From: a virus
Lineage: Duplodnaviria; Caudoviricetes
Direction: 5' to 3' (one strand)
IMG/VR virus record: IMGVR_UViG_3300020258_000014
Location: 1 to 39,506 of that record
Length of the DNA stretch: 39,506 nucleotides
Made by a program: the position numbers and the translations under genes. Every line of letters starts with the position of its first letter. The first letter of the stretch is position 1. The notes beneath the pieces are model-generated. The model searched no databases, was not told the DNA's origin, and saw only the letters and a list, made by a program, of their open reading frames with translations. Positions 1 to 8,321 of this stretch are shown here, in pieces.

Positions 1-42
1 CAAGGAGGTTCTGGTTTTCTTATGATTAGATATCTGAAATAA
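1..42 (+). CDS. C-terminal end of a glycine-rich protein (partial)
   Basis: Frame 1 reads QGGSGFLMIRYLK*, matching the GGxGxVxI(R/A)Y C-terminus of the Gly-rich proteins at 844 and 3715. Confidence 0.75.
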   Translation, partial: QGGSGFLMIRYLK

Positions 43-49
43 TATTAAA

Positions 50-55
50 TAAATA
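50..55 (+). promoter_or_regulatory. T4-like late promoter TAAATA
   Basis: ATAAATA about 17 nt upstream of the ATG at 72. Confidence 0.65.
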
Positions 56-71
56 AAGGAAAAGATCTAAG

Positions 72-278
72 ATGTCAAGAGTAAGAGCTGATAAATACAC
101 CAATTCTGCAGCAAATGGCGCGCCAGAGTTTACTCATGGTGTAAGGGTTACTGGTGTTATCACAGCAACATCATTCTCTGGTGATGGCATCCAAGTTGGT
201 ATTGTTACAGCAACTACAACAGTCAACTCAAATCAATATGAAGGTTTCTTATGGGTTGATTCTTCATTGTTCACATAA
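72..278 (+). CDS. small tail-fibre-like virion protein
   Basis: MSRVRADK start and GVITATSFSGDG motif shared with the ORF at 299; late promoter upstream. Confidence 0.65.
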   Translation: MSRVRADKYTNSAANGAPEFTHGVRVTGVITATSFSGDGIQVGIVTATTTVNSNQYEGFLWVDSSLFT

Positions 279-289
279 ATAACTAAAAA
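276..289 (+). promoter_or_regulatory. late promoter TAAATAACTAAAAA overlapping upstream stop codon
   Basis: Identical 14-mer also at 485, 3007 and 3330. Confidence 0.75.
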
Positions 290-298
290 TCCAGTGAT

Positions 299-487
299 AT
301 GTCAAAGATACAAGTTGACCAGATTGTAAATAAGGAAGACACTGGATCTCCAATCTTCCCTAAGGGCGCTGTTGTGACTGGTGTTATTACTGCTACTTCT
401 TTTAGTGGTGATGGTTCTGGATTATCTGGAGTTTCTGCTGGCATAAGTTCTGCTAAAGCATACACATTTAATCAACTGTTCTCATAA
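299..487 (+). CDS. small tail-fibre-like virion protein
   Basis: MSKIQVDQI start and GVITATSFSGDGSGL motif typical of cyanophage fibre proteins. Confidence 0.7.
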   Translation: MSKIQVDQIVNKEDTGSPIFPKGAVVTGVITATSFSGDGSGLSGVSAGISSAKAYTFNQLFS

Positions 488-498
488 ATAACTAAAAA
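485..498 (+). promoter_or_regulatory. late promoter TAAATAACTAAAAA
   Basis: Repeated 14-mer whose TAA is the stop of ORF 299-487. Confidence 0.75.
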
Positions 499-504
499 GA
501 AGTC

Positions 505-843
505 ATGGCACTAAATAGGACAAAATTAACTGATGTTGTCAGGGTTGCTAGTGGATCTACTGTGGGGATTGCAACTGTCAGTAGTAACAAAAAGGTATTT
601 GTTAAATCCATCTTAGCATTTAACAACGCTGGCACTGCTAGCACTGCTCAGGTTTATTTTGTCCCCAATGGTGGTTCAGCAGGGGAAAGCACAAGGATAT
701 TCAATATTACTCTCACTGCAAGTGAAAGTACAATTTTAGAACCTTCATATCCATTTGTCCTAGAGTCAACAGGTGATGAGATTAAAGTTGGTGCAATGGG
801 CTCAGCAATAAACTTCATTGTCACTGGGGATAGGGAGGTCTGA
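505..843 (+). CDS. conserved ~115-aa beta-rich virion-associated protein (paralog of 3352-3711)
   Basis: Shares MAL start, VPN(N)GG, YP.xL and terminal GDRE with ORF 3352. Confidence 0.8.
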   Translation: MALNRTKLTDVVRVASGSTVGIATVSSNKKVFVKSILAFNNAGTASTAQVYFVPNGGSAGESTRIFNITLTASESTILEPSYPFVLESTGDEIKVGAMGSAINFIVTGDREV

Positions 844-3009
844 ATGCCTTTTAAGTCATCTAAGTCATCAAGTGAATCTAATCTTCTCAATATTTCAAAG
901 ACATCAGAATTAGGAAATACTCTCTCCTCAGGAGGGGGAGGAAGTTCTCCTTCTCCCCCTGGTGGCCCCACAGGAATAGTGGCAACAGGTGGAGTAATAT
1001 CTGACTATTCAGATGCTGATAGCCCAGGAACAAAATATAGAGCACATTTTTTTAGTTCATCAGGAACTTTAAATGTAACCTCTATTGGCAATTATGGAAA
1101 TACTGTTGAGTATGTTGTAATTGCTGGTGGTGGTGGCGGCGGTGGATACAACGCCGCCAGTTACCAGGCAGGTGTACAAGGAAGTTCTTCTGAGTTTGAT
1201 GTTGGTGGACCTAACCCAATATCAACAACTGGTGGTGGTGGCGGTGGAGATTATGGCAAAAATGATCCCACTCGTTCAGGCGGTTCTGGTGGTGGTGGAT
1301 GCGGTCAACCTCCAACTACCCCCCAAGCAGGAGGCAATGGTACTACTAATCAAGGATATGCTGGTGGTCACGGATACTATAATCCATCTCCAAATTCTTG
1401 CTGGAGAGGTGGCGGCGGCGGTGGAGCTGGTGGTCTTGGATATGATGGTGGACCTATTAGCCAAATTGGAACAGAGAGTGGAACTGGAAGTATGGGTGGT
1501 GCTGGGGTATACACAAAAGCACTTACTGGATCAAAATTAGGATTTGCTGGTGGTGGTCCTGGTGGAGGTAGAGTTGCTCGTGAAGGAATGGGTTATATAA
1601 ATTATGGACCAGATGGACCCTATGGAACTGGATCAGGTGGAGCAGGTGTTAGGGGAATGGATGGAGTTGAAAACACTGGTGCTGGTGGAGCAGGTGGTTC
1701 TGCTGGTGGTGCTGGTGCTGGTGGTGGTGGTGCTGGTGGATATAGATCTAGTATCACTGGAGAGTCATCTGGTGGTGGTGGATCAGCGGAATCTGCTTTT
1801 ACTGTATCAGCTGGATTGAATTACACTGTTACAGTTGGTGGTGGTGGTGTTGGTAGTGGAGATGGTAAAAACTTCCCACAAGGTGGTGGAGGTAACGGTG
1901 CAAAGGGATCTGTAATTGTAAGATATCAAATTGATAATGCCATATCAGACATACCAAGTACAAGTGCAAGTGGAGGTTATAAGTACACTTGGGTAGCTCC
2001 TGGATCATCTTCTGTAGGGGATGGATCAGGGTCAGTTACAGTTCATGTCTTTACAACTTCTGGTACATTTTCTACAGGACCAGATTTCAGTCTAAAAGCC
2101 GTTGAATATTTTGTAGTTGCTGGTGGTGGCGGTGGTGGAGTTGGAGGCTTACATGAAGGTGGTGGAGGCGGTGGTGCTGGTGGTGTTCTCACAGGAACCA
2201 CAACTGTATCAAGTAATCAATCACTTTCTGTTACTGTTGGATCTGGTGGAACAAGAGCACTGGTCAGTGGAACTCATGCAACTAATGGTGGTAATTCTAC
2301 TTTTGCTGCTCCTACAGGAACTATCACTGCCTATGGTGGAGGAAAAGGTTGTAATGGACAAACAATATCACCCCCTGCTAATGATCCTGCTTTTTCTGGA
2401 GGTTCAGGTGGTGGAAGAGGAGCGATTGATAATACGGTCATTGGATATGGATTAAATCCTGGCACACCTTCTCCTGTTATTACCTCAGACTTCCCTGGAG
2501 AGTCACATCCATATGGATCCGTTCAAGGATACATTGGTGGTGCTTATGTTGGTGCTCCTGCCTATCAAGGTGGTGGAGGAGGAGGTGCTGGTGGAGCTGG
2601 CCAAGATGGTGGTTCTTCTGGGGGTACAGATGGCGCTGGTGGAATTGGAGTTAGGTCTCCTGTAACATTCCACAATCCTGTACAACCAGCTTTTGGAAAA
2701 GGATATGATGGACCTGACGGTAGTGGTGGTGTTCAATCAGGTTATTGGTTTGCTGGTGGTGGAGGAGGTGGTGCTTATAATGTTCCAGTAGACTATACAG
2801 CAAAGGGTGGTGGAGCTGGCAATAGTCAGTTTCCATTTGCTGGTGGAGGAAATGGTGGTTCTAATACAGGAAGTGCTATATTATATACCGTTGGTGGTCT
2901 TTCAGAAGGCGCAATGTTTAGTGGTGGCGGTGGTGGAGGAGCTGCATCTGCAATTGACTCAGGATCAGGTGGTCCTGGAATTGTAATGATTGCTTATATG
3001 AACGAATAA
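844..3009 (+). CDS. glycine-rich protein with two tandem Gly-rich domains (putative fibre/receptor-binding protein)
   Basis: Two copies of HxFxxSG...EYxVxAGGGGGG...GxVxxxY architecture; 721 aa. Confidence 0.85.
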   Translation: MPFKSSKSSSESNLLNISKTSELGNTLSSGGGGSSPSPPGGPTGIVATGGVISDYSDADSPGTKYRAHFFSSSGTLNVTSIGNYGNTVEYVVIAGGGGGGGYNAASYQAGVQGSSSEFDVGGPNPISTTGGGGGGDYGKNDPTRSGGSGGGGCGQPPTTPQAGGNGTTNQGYAGGHGYYNPSPNSCWRGGGGGGAGGLGYDGGPISQIGTESGTGSMGGAGVYTKALTGSKLGFAGGGPGGGRVAREGMGYINYGPDGPYGTGSGGAGVRGMDGVENTGAGGAGGSAGGAGAGGGGAGGYRSSITGESSGGGGSAESAFTVSAGLNYTVTVGGGGVGSGDGKNFPQGGGGNGAKGSVIVRYQIDNAISDIPSTSASGGYKYTWVAPGSSSVGDGSGSVTVHVFTTSGTFSTGPDFSLKAVEYFVVAGGGGGGVGGLHEGGGGGGAGGVLTGTTTVSSNQSLSVTVGSGGTRALVSGTHATNGGNSTFAAPTGTITAYGGGKGCNGQTISPPANDPAFSGGSGGGRGAIDNTVIGYGLNPGTPSPVITSDFPGESHPYGSVQGYIGGAYVGAPAYQGGGGGGAGGAGQDGGSSGGTDGAGGIGVRSPVTFHNPVQPAFGKGYDGPDGSGGVQSGYWFAGGGGGGAYNVPVDYTAKGGGAGNSQFPFAGGGNGGSNTGSAILYTVGGLSEGAMFSGGGGGGAASAIDSGSGGPGIVMIAYMNE

Positions 3010-3020
3010 ATAACTAAAAA
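3007..3020 (+). promoter_or_regulatory. late promoter TAAATAACTAAAAA
   Basis: Repeated 14-mer overlapping the stop of ORF 844-3009. Confidence 0.75.
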
Positions 3021-3029
3021 GAAACTAAG

Positions 3030-3332
3030 ATGTCACAGTTATACGTTGACAATATTAAGAACAGGACAGGAGGATCTCTTGGTCTCCCCTCTGGAGTTAA
3101 TGTAACTGGGGTTAGCACTTTTTCTGGCAATGTAACTATTGGTGGCACTTTAACCTATGAGGATGTGACCAACATTGATTCTGTTGGTCTTATCACTGCT
3201 CGTTCTGGTATAAATGTTACTAGTGGAGGTGCTAATATTGTTGGTGTTGTCACTGCAACTACAATAGAAGCAACTACATACATTGGTGTTCCAGAGGGAA
3301 CCAATGTTCTGAAAGCAATGCTCTTTTCCTAA
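3030..3332 (+). CDS. small tail-fibre-like virion protein
   Basis: MSQLYVDNI start; TLTYEDVTNIDSVGLITARSGI is a recurring cyanophage fibre segment. Confidence 0.75.
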   Translation: MSQLYVDNIKNRTGGSLGLPSGVNVTGVSTFSGNVTIGGTLTYEDVTNIDSVGLITARSGINVTSGGANIVGVVTATTIEATTYIGVPEGTNVLKAMLFS

Positions 3333-3343
3333 ATAACTAAAAA
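3330..3343 (+). promoter_or_regulatory. late promoter TAAATAACTAAAAA
   Basis: Repeated 14-mer overlapping the stop of ORF 3030-3332. Confidence 0.75.
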
Positions 3344-3351
3344 GAAATAAA

Positions 3352-3711
3352 ATGGCTCTTGCACAAACTACTTTAGGTAACATAACACACATCTCTTCTG
3401 GAGCTGCTGCTACTGTATATGTCGTTAGTAGTGCAAAGACAACATATATTAAATCATTCTTAGTTCATAGTCTGAATGAAAGTGCTGTTCAGAATGCAGA
3501 AATATACGTAGTTCCTAATAATGGTGGAGCAGTTGGAACAGCATCATCAGTCAATAGGATTGCAATGTTAGGTATTGGAACTGCTGATACATACTTCTTT
3601 GAATGTGCATATCCCATTACACTTGTTTCTAATAATGATACCATTCAAGTTAAAAATACTTTAGGATCTGATGCAATCAATATAATTGTTCTTGGTGATA
3701 GAGAGGCTTGA
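3352..3711 (+). CDS. conserved ~115-aa virion-associated protein (paralog of 505-843)
   Basis: Motif similarity to ORF 505, ends GDREA. Confidence 0.8.
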   Translation: MALAQTTLGNITHISSGAAATVYVVSSAKTTYIKSFLVHSLNESAVQNAEIYVVPNNGGAVGTASSVNRIAMLGIGTADTYFFECAYPITLVSNNDTIQVKNTLGSDAINIIVLGDREA

Positions 3712-3714
3712 TTT

Positions 3715-4734
3715 ATGTCTGGAAAAAGTGCTAGATCTAACAATAGAGGGGACTTATTCTCAAATTTTGTAAGTGGAAAAGATAGACAATTTCGTACGTC
3801 AGAGAGCGCTTTTAGGGGAAGGGATTCAGTTAATGCAACTGGTGGTAATCATATATACACACCAGGAAATGGATATAAGTATCATATTTTTACAAGTCCT
3901 GGAAACTTTGTAGTGTCAGATAACCCAGGAGCTGCATGTGGTTACGTCATTGTTGCAGGTGGCGGTGCTGGAGGTAGTAATTCTGGTTCTAACTTAGGCG
4001 GTGGTGGTGGTGGCGCTGGTGGATACCTTGAGGGATCCATTATACTACCCTCAGGCACTTATCCAATAGATATTGGTTCTGGAGGTCCTTCAGCAGGAAC
4101 CCAAGGACAAAATACCACAGCATTAGGAAAAACTTCTTGGGGAGGTGGTAAAGGAAATGCTAGTTCAAATGGTTCCCCAGGTGGCAGTGGTGGTGGTGGT
4201 GCATTTAACTCAAATGGTGGTGTTGGTTTAGGCACTTATACCCCATCTGCAATTATAGCATCAGATTTTCCTGGTGAGTCTTATCCATATGCATTCACAC
4301 AAGGATATCCTGGAGGACCTGGATCTACAGGTCCTGGAGGATATGTACCTGGAGCTGGTGGTGGTGGTGCTGGTGCTGCTGGCAAAGAATCTTACCCAAG
4401 CCCCCTGGCGCCAGGTGAAGGTTCTGGGGGTGGTGATGGAAGAGCAGCATTCAATGGAGATACTGGTATTCCACCAAGTTTTGGTACAGCTGGCCCCTCT
4501 GCTGGTAGATGGTTTGCTGGTGGTGGAGGAGGTGGATGCCCAACTAATGCCCCCAGTACTAAAGGTTTAGGTGGTGCTGGTGGTGGTGGTAATGGTTCTA
4601 GATCAAGTGCTGCTGTAGCTGGAGGAACAAATACTGGAGGAGGTGGTGGAGCTGGAGCATATTCTGGTGGTGGAACAAGTGGTGCAGCAGGTGGTCCTGG
4701 TATTGTCATCATAAGATATTCATTAACACCATAA
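3715..4734 (+). CDS. glycine-rich protein, single Gly-rich domain
   Basis: YHIFTSPG...VAGGGAGG...GGPGIVIIRY; shares SDFPGESxPY and WFAGGGGGG with domain 2 of ORF 844. Confidence 0.85.
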   Translation: MSGKSARSNNRGDLFSNFVSGKDRQFRTSESAFRGRDSVNATGGNHIYTPGNGYKYHIFTSPGNFVVSDNPGAACGYVIVAGGGAGGSNSGSNLGGGGGGAGGYLEGSIILPSGTYPIDIGSGGPSAGTQGQNTTALGKTSWGGGKGNASSNGSPGGSGGGGAFNSNGGVGLGTYTPSAIIASDFPGESYPYAFTQGYPGGPGSTGPGGYVPGAGGGGAGAAGKESYPSPLAPGEGSGGGDGRAAFNGDTGIPPSFGTAGPSAGRWFAGGGGGGCPTNAPSTKGLGGAGGGGNGSRSSAAVAGGTNTGGGGGAGAYSGGGTSGAAGGPGIVIIRYSLTP

Positions 4735-4735
4735 T

Positions 4736-4792
4736 TGACAATTAACAAACCGTCCACTTGACCCTGCAGGTTATCCTGTGGGGTCTTATAGT
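4736..4792 (+). promoter_or_regulatory. putative early promoter with upstream TGACA-N11-GTCCAC motif, hairpin 4760-4785 and -10 TATAGT (4787-4792)
   Basis: GACCCTGCAGG-TTAT-CCTGTGGGGTC stem (with G-U pairs) directly before TATAGT; marks the boundary between late genes and the island. Confidence 0.5.
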
Positions 4793-4813
4793 ATGTGGAG
4801 ACACACAGAGAGG

Positions 4814-4918
4814 ATGACCACAGCACAGAAATTACTTTTCATTGCATCTTTTATATGGATGATGCAGTGGGGCACACGTGTAACATCGCTTGGCATCAAT
4901 GCATTGTATAACTATTGA
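4814..4918 (+). CDS. 34-aa hydrophobic peptide MTTAQKLLFIASFIWMMQWGTRVTSLGINALYNY
   Basis: Hand-translated; purine-rich GAGAGG upstream; overlaps the next gene. Confidence 0.55.
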   Translation: MTTAQKLLFIASFIWMMQWGTRVTSLGINALYNY

Positions 4919-5231
4919 ACCAGAAGAGTCTATAAGGCACTGTGGGAGCATTATTGACTGGTTTCTTATGGAGTATCTGTCAAACTATGGAATAGACCTT
5001 ACAGTGGAGCATATGGATCTCTCTGATGAGGGTGTAACTGGTTGGTGTATGAAGATTGGAGTTAATGATTATGTCATCCAAATACATAACCAACTTGAGG
5101 GTGAAGAATACACTTCCACTATTCTACATGAATTATATCATGTGTATCAACATTTGAAAAAACTCCCTCAGTGTGAGATCTGTGCTTACAAAGCAGAACA
5201 GATGCTACTTGACAAGTATGATGAACCTTGA
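4899..5231 (+). CDS. small zincin-like HExxH protein
   Basis: TILHELYHVYQH followed by a downstream E (CEICAY); ATG 4899 preferred over TTG 4890. Confidence 0.65.
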   Translation: MHCITIEPEESIRHCGSIIDWFLMEYLSNYGIDLTVEHMDLSDEGVTGWCMKIGVNDYVIQIHNQLEGEEYTSTILHELYHVYQHLKKLPQCEICAYKAEQMLLDKYDEP

Positions 5232-5237
5232 TAGACT
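5209..5237 (+). promoter_or_regulatory. sigma70-like early promoter
   Basis: TTGACA-17-TAGACT with extended -10 TG. Confidence 0.65.
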
Positions 5238-5279
5238 AGGTTTGTCCAGGATGAAAGGTAATTACGACTCTTTAAGATT

Positions 5280-5474
5280 ATGAAGACTAAATTTGTCACT
5301 GTAAAACCCAAGACAAACAGAGCACAGAACAAATTTGCTAATTGTATGGATCTTCTACATTCTTGTAGAGTAGAGCAGGAAGATGCTGAAAAGATGTTCC
5401 TTGCCTCTATTTCTGGTAGATACTTCTTCTGGATGGATAAAGAAAATGATGAGGATTGGTCTATCATCAAATGA
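5280..5474 (+). CDS. hypothetical phage protein
   Basis: 64-aa ORF downstream of the promoter. Confidence 0.75.
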   Translation: MKTKFVTVKPKTNRAQNKFANCMDLLHSCRVEQEDAEKMFLASISGRYFFWMDKENDEDWSIIK

Positions 5475-5476
5475 AT

Positions 5477-5482
5477 TAAATA
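5477..5482 (+). promoter_or_regulatory. late promoter TAAATA
   Basis: Intergenic TAAATA 23 nt before ATG 5506. Confidence 0.55.
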
Positions 5483-5505
5483 CTATTAGTTGAAGGGAGT
5501 AACTG

Positions 5506-5655
5506 ATGACCTACCAAGGAAATCCTTCTAAAAAGGAAATTGAATCTATGGAAAAGGCAACTGAAGATGCTGGGATAGTTGCTATCCACCCTGACAAACT
5601 TGAAGAATTTGCTGCTCACCTTGTTAACAAATTGAAAAATGGAACTACCACATGA
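5506..5655 (+). CDS. hypothetical 49-aa protein MTYQGNPSKKEIESM...
   Basis: Hand-translated; AAGGGAG ribosome-binding site; fills a gap in the ORF track. Confidence 0.65.
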   Translation: MTYQGNPSKKEIESMEKATEDAGIVAIHPDKLEEFAAHLVNKLKNGTTT

Positions 5656-5758
5656 TGTTGAACCTCAAGATGTTGATGAATACATCAAACATTGTGAAGA
5701 GGAGGCAAAACGTTTAGACATTGACATAGTGTATTACATGGAAGAGTTTTGCTTATGA
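5639..5758 (+). CDS. hypothetical 39-aa acidic protein MELPHDVEPQ...YYMEEFCL
   Basis: Hand-translated; ATGA overlap with the next ORF. Confidence 0.6.
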   Translation: MELPHDVEPQDVDEYIKHCEEEAKRLDIDIVYYMEEFCL

Positions 5759-5925
5759 CTGAAAGAGAAAGACTCATCATTGCTTTATATCAAATAGAAA
5801 ATGTAACTGCTCTATTAGAAAATAATGAGTGGAAGAATTATCTTTATAATTATCTTTCACCCATTCAATATGAATTGGAGAGACAGTTGACTAACCTATC
5901 AGGATCTGATAGAATCAAAGAGTAA
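5755..5925 (+). CDS. hypothetical 56-aa protein MTERERLIIALYQIEN...
   Basis: Hand-translated; ATGA coupling. Confidence 0.65.
   Translation: MTERERLIIALYQIENVTALLENNEWKNYLYNYLSPIQYELERQLTNLSGSDRIKE
5887..5915 (+). promoter_or_regulatory. sigma70-like early promoter
   Basis: TTGACT-17-TAGAAT with extended TG. Confidence 0.6.
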
Positions 5926-5937
5926 TCAAAGGAGTCA

Positions 5938-6171
5938 ATGAAGTATCTCTATCTTGTGGACCATTTCTGTCCATTCCCTCAATCAGAATATGGTGGTGTA
6001 TGGAATGTGGTAGCAGAAAATGATGAACAATGTTTTGATGTAGTGGTCAGTGAAGATGATGATCTAAATATTGGTTGTTATGGTAAATTGAGAGAAAACA
6101 TCAGTAAGGCACCTAAATTTGCTCTTGCTGATGAAGAAAGTAGTAGAGTAGTATTGTCCTTTATTACCTAA
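5938..6171 (+). CDS. hypothetical phage protein
   Basis: 77-aa ORF with AAGGAG ribosome-binding site. Confidence 0.75.
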   Translation: MKYLYLVDHFCPFPQSEYGGVWNVVAENDEQCFDVVVSEDDDLNIGCYGKLRENISKAPKFALADEESSRVVLSFIT

Positions 6172-6175
6172 AGAG

Positions 6176-6400
6176 ATGTCTAAAGCAACTGACCCCAAGG
6201 ATCCACTGTATGATCCTAATGATAAGTACCTTGAGTATAAGGTAGACCTTCACACTAATGAAGAACATTCACCTGATGAATGGGATCCTGCAACAGAAGG
6301 TAAACTTTCTGACCCAGCAGAGAGGCATCGTGATAAACTTCTAGATGAATTCTGTGATAACCATCCAGGTTCACCTATGTGTAAGGTATTTGACGAATGA
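6176..6400 (+). CDS. cp12: CP12-like protein (C-terminal Cys-pair motif only)
   Basis: C-terminus LDEFCDNHPGSPMCKVFDE matches the CP12 C-x8-C-x2-(F/Y)-D-(D/E) signature; acidic and probably disordered. Confidence 0.65.
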   Translation: MSKATDPKDPLYDPNDKYLEYKVDLHTNEEHSPDEWDPATEGKLSDPAERHRDKLLDEFCDNHPGSPMCKVFDE

Positions 6401-6564
6401 CTGACAAACAGAAAGCAGCACTGGGACTAATGATTGAGAGTGTTCTTAAACCAGACTCCAAACTTCGTGGATGCGCATACAACCAAGACTGCTATGATGA
6501 GTTGATGGAATGGCGTAGTAAGATGTTGGAGATGCTTTATGACTACAAAAAGCAAAAAGTTTGA
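6397..6564 (+). CDS. hypothetical 55-aa protein MTDKQKAALGLMIESVLKPD...
   Basis: Hand-translated; ATGA overlap with the CP12-like gene. Confidence 0.65.
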   Translation: MTDKQKAALGLMIESVLKPDSKLRGCAYNQDCYDELMEWRSKMLEMLYDYKKQKV

Positions 6565-6667
6565 AGACATATGGTGGGAGATGGAGAGACTTGAACCTCT
6601 AACCCCACCACAAAAACATTGTAATGAATCTGATGAAGTTCCCACACAAAGCACCAAAAGGGTATGA
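6539..6667 (+). CDS. possible 42-aa protein MTTKSKKFEDIWWEMERLEP...
   Basis: Hand-translated; bridges the gap but overlaps both neighbours. Confidence 0.4.
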   Translation: MTTKSKKFEDIWWEMERLEPLTPPQKHCNESDEVPTQSTKRV

Positions 6668-6905
6668 GTATTGGAGTGATGATTACTCCAAGACGATTAA
6701 GAGGATTTGGATACGCAATCTAGGAACATTCACATACACAGAGGAACAACCTAGTGCAGTGTGGGGTTTCTTCAATAGAAAAACTGGTGACTTTATTGCA
6801 CCTATCAATTGTAAGAAACCTGGTAAGGTAGTAGATATCAATCGCACCTCACCATATACAGCAATGCCTCTCCAGTTGACACCATTAGAAGCAGCATTCC
6901 AATGA
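6624..6905 (+). CDS. hypothetical cyanophage protein
   Basis: 93-aa ORF (start 6624 or 6633); ATGA coupling to the next gene. Confidence 0.75.
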   Translation: MNLMKFPHKAPKGYEYWSDDYSKTIKRIWIRNLGTFTYTEEQPSAVWGFFNRKTGDFIAPINCKKPGKVVDINRTSPYTAMPLQLTPLEAAFQ

Positions 6906-7198
6906 ATTATATTCCCAAAGTCAATGATTATGTCAAGTGGACTAACTCTCTTGGTCAGGTAACAGAGGGGTGGGTATATTTTGCTTGTGATTTATCAATT
7001 AGTATTGAAGTTGGTGTAAAGGATAAACCAAAGTGCATGTACACAAAGGAAGAAAAGCACAAAAAGATTCATATCTTAGTTGTATGTCCCAATTTCTTGT
7101 GGCATGAGTTAGAATACATCAAATGCAGGAAATCACACTATGATGATGAACCTGCTGACACGTACAAATCACAACCATATAGAAACTCTGACCCATGA
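6902..7198 (+). CDS. hypothetical phage protein (possibly SH3/KOW-like N-terminus)
   Basis: PKVNDYVKW...EGWVYF pattern; translationally coupled. Confidence 0.7.
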   Translation: MNYIPKVNDYVKWTNSLGQVTEGWVYFACDLSISIEVGVKDKPKCMYTKEEKHKKIHILVVCPNFLWHELEYIKCRKSHYDDEPADTYKSQPYRNSDP

Positions 7199-7401
7199 CA
7201 CAGTGCATTGATCCTAGTGATGATAGATATTTCACAGTAACATCAAACAAACCATATGATAGACATCATTACACTATGGTGTTCTCAAATGGTCAGTCAG
7301 AAGATTATAAAACCTGGGAAGAAGTGCAGGTAAGATGGTTTGAAACACCAGGTCAGTTTGCATCACATATTGAGGTACTTGACAAGAAGAAAGGATTTTG
7401 A
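7195..7401 (+). CDS. hypothetical phage protein
   Basis: 68-aa coupled ORF. Confidence 0.7.
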   Translation: MTQCIDPSDDRYFTVTSNKPYDRHHYTMVFSNGQSEDYKTWEEVQVRWFETPGQFASHIEVLDKKKGF

Positions 7402-7407
7402 TATAAT
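7379..7407 (+). promoter_or_regulatory. consensus sigma70 promoter
   Basis: TTGACA-17-TATAAT with extended TG. Confidence 0.75.
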
Positions 7408-7419
7408 ACAAAAAAAGAA

Positions 7420-8109
7420 ATGACTATGAAAAAACTTGGTATCATTGCATCAACCCTGCTAGCATTGTGTATGCCTTCAAGTGCATTGGCAGGAGGTGAT
7501 GTTGGCAGTAAAGTCAAAGGATGGAAAACATATGACTCAATGGGTTGTATGATGTTGCGTGAATGCACTGATGGTGTAAAACCAGTGGTTTCTCTGATGG
7601 ATGTATCCAAGGAGTATGATAACTGGGAAGAGTTTACTATTATTTCTGCTGAATTTAATAGTATGGTTAACTCACTCAATCAAGTGGGTGTAGGTGTCTA
7701 TCTTGCTGATTCAAAGTATTTCCCTGTTGGGCATCGTGGTGTATATCACACTGTGAGTAATAATTTCTTCCTTAATAGAAAATATATGGGTGAACCTGGT
7801 GTTCTGATGTCTGTAATGCGTCACGAGGGATGGCACGCAGCACAGGATTGTATGGCAGGCACTATCAATAATAGTCTAGTTGCTATTATTAAACCAGAAG
7901 AAGATGTTCCACCACTGTGGCGTGGATTAGCAGAGAGAACTTATCCATCTGCTGCTGTACCTTGGGAAGCAGAAGCAGGATGGGCTGGTAGAACAGAAGG
8001 GATGACTCGTGATGCTCTGGCAGCATGTGCTAATGGTAAGATGTGGGAACAATATGAACCAACACCAAAGACTAGGGAATGGTTGCAACTTAATGGTTAT
8101 CTTGACTAA
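7420..8109 (+). CDS. exported HExxH metallopeptidase-like protein
   Basis: Signal-peptide-like MKKLGIIASTLLALCMPSSALA; RHEGWHAAQDC; downstream WEAEA. Confidence 0.75.
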   Translation: MTMKKLGIIASTLLALCMPSSALAGGDVGSKVKGWKTYDSMGCMMLRECTDGVKPVVSLMDVSKEYDNWEEFTIISAEFNSMVNSLNQVGVGVYLADSKYFPVGHRGVYHTVSNNFFLNRKYMGEPGVLMSVMRHEGWHAAQDCMAGTINNSLVAIIKPEEDVPPLWRGLAERTYPSAAVPWEAEAGWAGRTEGMTRDALAACANGKMWEQYEPTPKTREWLQLNGYLD

Positions 8110-8117
8110 ATTTGCCA

Positions 8118-8321
8118 ATGTGGAGACTCTGGGCACTTGCTCTTGGTAGAAAAGAGGGCAGAAATAAAAGAGATGCTGATAGGATTGCTATCATTCGCAC
8201 TCTTATAATGATTCAATTGATTATCACCAATATGTTCATTATATCAGGGAATGTTAAAAATCTATTCTTTGACACTAAATATAGTGATTGTCCAGTTAAA
8301 ATAGTGTCCACCACACCTTGA
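8118..8321 (+). CDS. small membrane protein
   Basis: MWRLWALALG...ADRIAIIRT followed by a hydrophobic helix. Confidence 0.65.
   Translation: MWRLWALALGRKEGRNKRDADRIAIIRTLIMIQLIITNMFIISGNVKNLFFDTKYSDCPVKIVSTTP

Noticed and set aside
1121-4570. Alternative-frame Val/Leu-rich ORFs (1121, 1604, 2117, 4274)
   Set aside because: Frame-shift shadows of GGT-rich codons in the Gly-rich genes.
844-4734. Diversity-generating retroelement or invertible shufflon for the paralogous Gly-rich genes
   Set aside because: No reverse transcriptase or invertase, no near-identical template/variable pair differing at adenines, and no inverted cassettes seen.
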